Positions 59,101 through 64,000 of a DNA stretch of 64,000 nt are shown here, piece by piece (position 1 is the stretch's first letter; each line of letters starts with the position of its first letter). The translations under genes were made by a program, and so were the position numbers. This DNA comes from Amphiscolops sp. MND2022 (Eukaryota), in contig OZ076409.1 of NCBI GenBank assembly GCA_964187785.1, positions 47,866,001 to 47,930,000 on the forward strand, read 5' to 3'. The notes beneath the pieces were generated by a model. The model was not told the origin of the DNA and made no database searches. It worked only from the letters and a program-made list of their open reading frames with translations.

Positions 59101-61801
59101 TTGGCTCCCTTGAAGTCACTGGGTAAAAGGCGAGGCAAGTCAGAGATGCAACTGAGGTTCGAGATGGAAGAAGAGTATATAAACAGGATGAGACTCAACA
59201 AAAAACTCACAACCACCATGTCACACAGGATGGAAAGATTCTACTATCTGCAGGGTTAGCTTGGAAATTGCCCTATTGGTTCACTAGGAAATTGATAGCA
59301 GAAAGTTCGTCTCGCAGCTGCTTTTAGCAGGAGCGTTTACTTTTAAAATAACTAACCGTGTTGGTGGTCTCGAACTAACTTTCTGCGCGGTGACGGTGTG
59401 AAGCATACATACAACACTATCGTGCATCTAAATACTATGTAGCTTTCGATAATGTCTCGGTTATGTGAACGCCTTTAAATTTTCGACACTGAGAGACTTT
59501 TTAGTAACTCTTAACGAAGCCGATATAGGGGTGATTTTTTCTGTTAGAACCTTGGGATTTTCTTTTGTTATTGCTTCTTTTTGCAGTTTATTGTTGATTA
59601 GCTATCCATACAATAAAAAAATGTTTGCTCTAGAATTTTTACACTTGCGATAAGCAAGTGTTATGGGAAAGTGCGAGTTTTTTTTTCCGCGCGACAACTC
59701 TCTCGTTTCAGACCGCAAGTCGCATAATTCAGACTTTTTTGGTCTAGCGGTAAGATGCTTGCTTTTCAACCCAGAGGTTTTTTTACAAAATTTTCGAAGC
59801 AGAAGATTCTCACTTTTTTCGACAATATGAGACTCCCCCTTTTCGGCTTTTTGAGACTTATTTTCGAAAATTTTTTAATGTCCCCAAAGGGTCCTCCCTT
59901 CATTTTTTTGATATTTTGCAACAGAACGAACGTTAAAAAATTCAAAAGGGTCTCTTCTTTCAGATTTTTCGGCACTATGAGACTGTTAAAAATTCGCATT
60001 TTTTTCGAAAATTTTTCGAAGTCTCCAAATGGTCCCCCTTCAATTTTTTTGAATTATCGCAAAAGAATGGATGTTAAAAAATCTCAAAGAACCCCCCTTT
60101 CACAGTTTTCGGCCTTGTGAGATTTTTCAAAAGTAATAATTTTTGTCTTAAAGTTAGGTTTTCTCAGGCCCAGCACGCTATATCCGATTTTTTTTTCAAA
60201 GACCGGTGTTTTTCATATGCGACTTTTTCAATTTTTTTTTCATCGAAGTCCCCCCTCAATTTTTACCAAAAATGAAACGTTTTGTGACTCTAAAGGACTC
60301 GTCAAGGTTTTCGGCACTATGCGACTTCAAAAAAATTGCCGGTGTCTTTCAAAAAAATTTTTCGAAAATATTTTGGAAAAATTTCGGAAAATTTTTGAAA
60401 AAAAAATTTCCTTCAATTTTCTGTTTTTTTAAAGGTTTTCCGTTGAGGAAGATGGGTTTTTTGCTGTTTTCAGTTGGGGAAGAATGGTTTTCGAGACTTA
60501 TGCCCATCCCTTCGGGTATTTTTTGGCGCTGTAAAATTGATGAAATTTTAACATACTCCTTTTACCCTTGGTTCTACGTATAATATTGCTTATTTGGTTT
60601 TCAAAACTTCGCAAGTGTTTGCGAAGCTCGGCTTCGCCTCTGTGTAAAAAATTTTAGACTGATTTTTTTCTTTTAAGGTTGGTTTTAATTCGTTCTTGGT
60701 AACCTTTCTTGGCAATGTTGCAGGTGGCATGGCCAACCTGTCATCCCGAGAAAGAAACGCCTTAAGTCTCCCACCTCCTTCTCAAAACTTCAGTACGAAA
60801 CAGCATGACGTCATAAACGAGCAGAACGCTTTCATTACACAGCAGAACACGGAAAGTGACATGAGTCCTATCACCCATGTAACCACCCATAACATTGACA
60901 GACAGATTATGACACCCACCGGCAGACAGGAAGACTCCGATACGCCCGCCTTTGGAGGGGACACACCTGTAGTTAATACAAAGGTGGAATCAGTTGAGCT
61001 GGAAAACGATCCAGAGTCGGCTGTTGGAAACGAGACTGAGGTTTCAGGTTAGCTGCTCGTTGTTGTGTGAAGATTGAAAAAAAAACTTTATTTCAATGAT
61101 TAAGCAACTTTGCCAGCTAATTTGGAAATTAACGCGTTTATTTGTCTGGACTGCAAATTACGTCTCGTTGAGCTCTTATTTTTAGTTAGATGTAAAATTC
61201 ATGATCATCGTTGATGGGAAGTTATATAGCGAACATTTTCTCATGAAATTTGCATGCGCAATGAAATTCTTGGAAACTTCAAGCGAAGATTTGATTATTT
61301 TCAAGAATAATCTAGTATTAAATAAATTAGACATACTTGTTCTCTGACTTCACAAATTGTAATGAAAGCCTCAAGTTTGCAAAATTCTTTTATCTAGGTT
61401 TAGCTGAGAAACCAGCTGATGAAGACGGTGCTAAAAATGACGGAACTGGCATCTTAAACCAAGAGGCAGACAATTTGGATGATTCTAGAATTTCGCTTGC
61501 AGAGCCAGAGTCAGCCAGAAAGGAAGAACCTGGTTCAGTTGAAGTTGTTGCGACATCTGATAAAATTGCAAACGAAGAGAATGAATCCGAAAAGCAGGAT
61601 GAAAAAAGCGAGACTAATAGTGTAGATGACCCAAAAGAGATGCAACATGTCAATAATCAGCTGGAGAATGCAGAAACTGCTGATGATAATGATGAAAGTG
61701 TAGTCGAGTCCGATGGTCCAAAAACAGAGGAAGCCGAGAAACAAGAAGTTACCCCAGTCGTTGAACCGAATGAAGAATCCGCCGACAATATTGCGAGTTG
61801 A
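56143..61801 (+). CDS. Four-exon gene of unknown function (56143-56324, 58869-59254, 60724-61047, 61398-61801; 431 aa)
   Basis: All three GT-AG introns are phase-compatible (2,1,1); 1296 nt in total from ATG to TGA; basic/helical N-terminal half and acidic low-complexity C-terminal half. Confidence 0.75.
59750..60640 (+). repeat. Intronic copy of the AAAGGGTCCCC-subunit dispersed repeat family
   Basis: Repeated 'aaagggtcc', 'cggcactatgagact' and 'gaatggatgttaaaaa' motifs; related inverted sequence at ~57990-58500. Confidence 0.6.
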
Positions 61802-63031
61802 GCGAACTCTTCTGAAGTTCTCAAAAATGCCTCTTACATCCTCAATCATTTCATTACCACAACTTTGCCAAATACACAAATCTTCAAAGGGAATGGCTCA
61901 TTAAACGTGCTAGATAACTTTATTTAGCCAATTTTATGCAGTTTTGAATTAAGGTCAAATGTAATTTTGAAATTAAAACTTAAATAAATATAGTTTTTTT
62001 TTAAAAAAACAGCTTTTTTATCTCAAAGTGTTGAACAGAAAACATATCCCATAAAAATATTGACCCTGGGAGTGTTGTATATTTGGTTTGCCAAGCACTT
62101 TATACTTTCTGAAAACGTTTACTTTCGCACTGAAAACGTTACGCACTGAACACTTTTCCGCAACTGAGAAATTCGTTAGAAAGGAAATATATCAATGAGT
62201 TGATACTCGTTGGGAAGTTTCCTATCAAATAGACAGAAAGATTCTCTTTTATAGATTCAGTAGACTCTTGTATATTTTATCTTTTGCATGTTTTTTTTTC
62301 AATTGAAACTAAATTCAAATGAATCTGAAATTCAATCAGCAAGAAAATTTATTGTACGTTTCAAAGTAGTAAACAGTGCATGTGCAAATGGCCGCTGAAA
62401 CTTGAGCAACTTTTGATAAAGTACATCGTACAACTTTACATCGTAGCCTTCGTGGTTCAGTCGTCACTTCTTTTTGAAATCTGTTTTTGAATTTGGAAGA
62501 GTTCAAAACTAAAATTTTGAGACATTTGTTCTACACAACTTTTTTCTCAATATATCATTGTCTTTTGACTTTGTTGTCAACGGGGCTTATCTTGTCTGCT
62601 AACTATTAATTACAGCGTTAATAAGTGATGATTGTCGAGTGCCGATCATTAGGGCAAATACCAGAACACATGAAAATATATCAATCATCTACAATTTCTG
62701 GTACTTACAAAACGGATGTTAAAAATTGTCATCTTTGTTCATGCTTGAATATGTTGAAACTGGTCCAAAAAGAGTCCCGTTGAGGCTATTAGCAGTCGCC
62801 TCAAATAATTAATTAAGTAACTTGAAACCATAAACACGCCTTTACCTGACAATTCATTTCTATTACAAAACCTTCAATTTGAATCAAGTTGATTCGAGTC
62901 AATCCGTAATATCAAATCTCACCATCGAGTATTGTGTGTGTTTTATAGCAACTCATATAACTATAAAAGCAACAAACGTTGCAAAACGTTCATCCAAAAT
63001 TTGCATCTTCGTAGAACCTTTAAATTTACCC

Positions 63032-63538
63032 ATGCCTGGGTACAGAAATCTGCCACCTTGCATGTTGGATTTGAATCACAACATGGAAATATTTCCCGTT
63101 GGGCGCCAAATCTCCTTGGCGAATCTCTTGTGTCCTTGGTGTTATAGACGATTCTGCCTTGAATGCTATCAACGTCGAAACCAACGTACTGCGGCAACTC
63201 GGGAAACCCCTAATTCCAGAGAGAACCTGATTCGCCAGAACCTAAATCCACGAAAACGGAATCGGTTGACCAATCGCCATGCGGCACATCGACAACGACG
63301 TAGTCGAGTAATCAACGAAGTATCGGTGGTTGAAAACCCTGGTGACTTGTATTTGCAAGAAAACGCAATTGAGAGAAGGTTGAAAGAGGAGCGGGAAGCT
63401 GACCGAAGAAGCAGAAGCTCATCATCGGATCAAAGAAGTAGCAATAATTCTGGCCGACCTGTCTCCAGAAGCCTAGTTCAAAGAAAGCTCCAATTGAAAA
63501 AGCCCGCATTAAAAGGAAATGATAGACTTAAAACTTAA
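63032..63538 (+). CDS. Unknown 168-aa protein with CxxC-x3-CxxC and Arg/Ser-rich tail
   Basis: ATG at 63032 shortly after an acceptor-like TTCGTAG; long ORF in AT-rich surroundings; CPWCYRRFCLEC. Confidence 0.45.
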   Translation: MPGYRNLPPCMLDLNHNMEIFPVGRQISLANLLCPWCYRRFCLECYQRRNQRTAATRETPNSRENLIRQNLNPRKRNRLTNRHAAHRQRRSRVINEVSVVENPGDLYLQENAIERRLKEEREADRRSRSSSSDQRSSNNSGRPVSRSLVQRKLQLKKPALKGNDRLKT

Positions 63539-64000
63539 GCTGCTCACTCGAGACGAACTTTCACCCGAAATCCCAGGTACATATTCAGAAACATAAATCA
63601 GCCTTGAGCCAAACGTCATGGGTGGCGATAGAAACTTTTGCGCTAGAGAAATATCTTTAGCATCAATTGATAACGTTTGATCCCTCTGCTGCACCCTTCA
63701 TTGCCCAGAAGGTTCATACCGAAGTCAAGCAACTTTACGGAGTAATGGTCTTTCGCACAAATTTTGCTCTGATGAGTCTCACTTTTTGCTACCAAATAAT
63801 TTCCTAAAAGCTTTTATGTTTCTATAGAAATTTATTTCAGTTTCAGCAACAACTCTAATTTGTGTTTATTTTTTTTCTATTTTTATGCATTATTAGATCT
63901 TCAACGTTACAAATGATACATGTCAGCACGTTTTTAAAGAGTTCACTACAGATGTGTATACCAAGTTTTTTGGTTACTGTGATATATACAAATTTAGGTA

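Noticed and set aside
59755..60583. Phe/Lys-rich ORFs of 120+ aa (also 3606-3899, 10201-10476, 19718-20080)
   Set aside because: Low-complexity translations of AT-rich repeat or intergenic DNA.

Overview
AT-rich, repeat-dense eukaryotic (metazoan) DNA with spliceosomal introns and a 200-N gap at 44959-45158. An acoel-like invertebrate is my guess from composition only. The main object is a head-to-tail pair of near-identical ~3.3-kb units (25354-28666, 28748-32058). Each encodes a Zn-finger plus tyrosine-recombinase (YR) protein, carries no reverse transcriptase, and is bounded by (CAT)n microsatellites with short inverted arms. It looks like a Crypton-type element that recombines through a trinucleotide repeat. 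Other mobile DNA: a 7.65-kb pol-less LTR element (GGCAT TSD, tRNA-Asn-type PBS, discordant LTRs) nested in a LINE; many LINE remnants; Mutator/foldback-like elements stacked at one 9-bp target and sharing a hairpin-rich core; a CACTA-like MITE carrying a ~171-bp satellite; a Helentron/DINE-1-like family; and several fold-back palindromes. Host genes reconstructed by hand: the 3' end of a probable AIG1/GIMAP-like gene ending in a CaaX box, a two-exon neuropeptide-precursor-like gene on the minus strand that the ORF track misses, a Tctex1-domain dynein light chain (DYNLT2B-like), a four-exon unknown gene and a Cys/Arg-rich ORF. All family calls come from motif recognition by eye; no searches were run.
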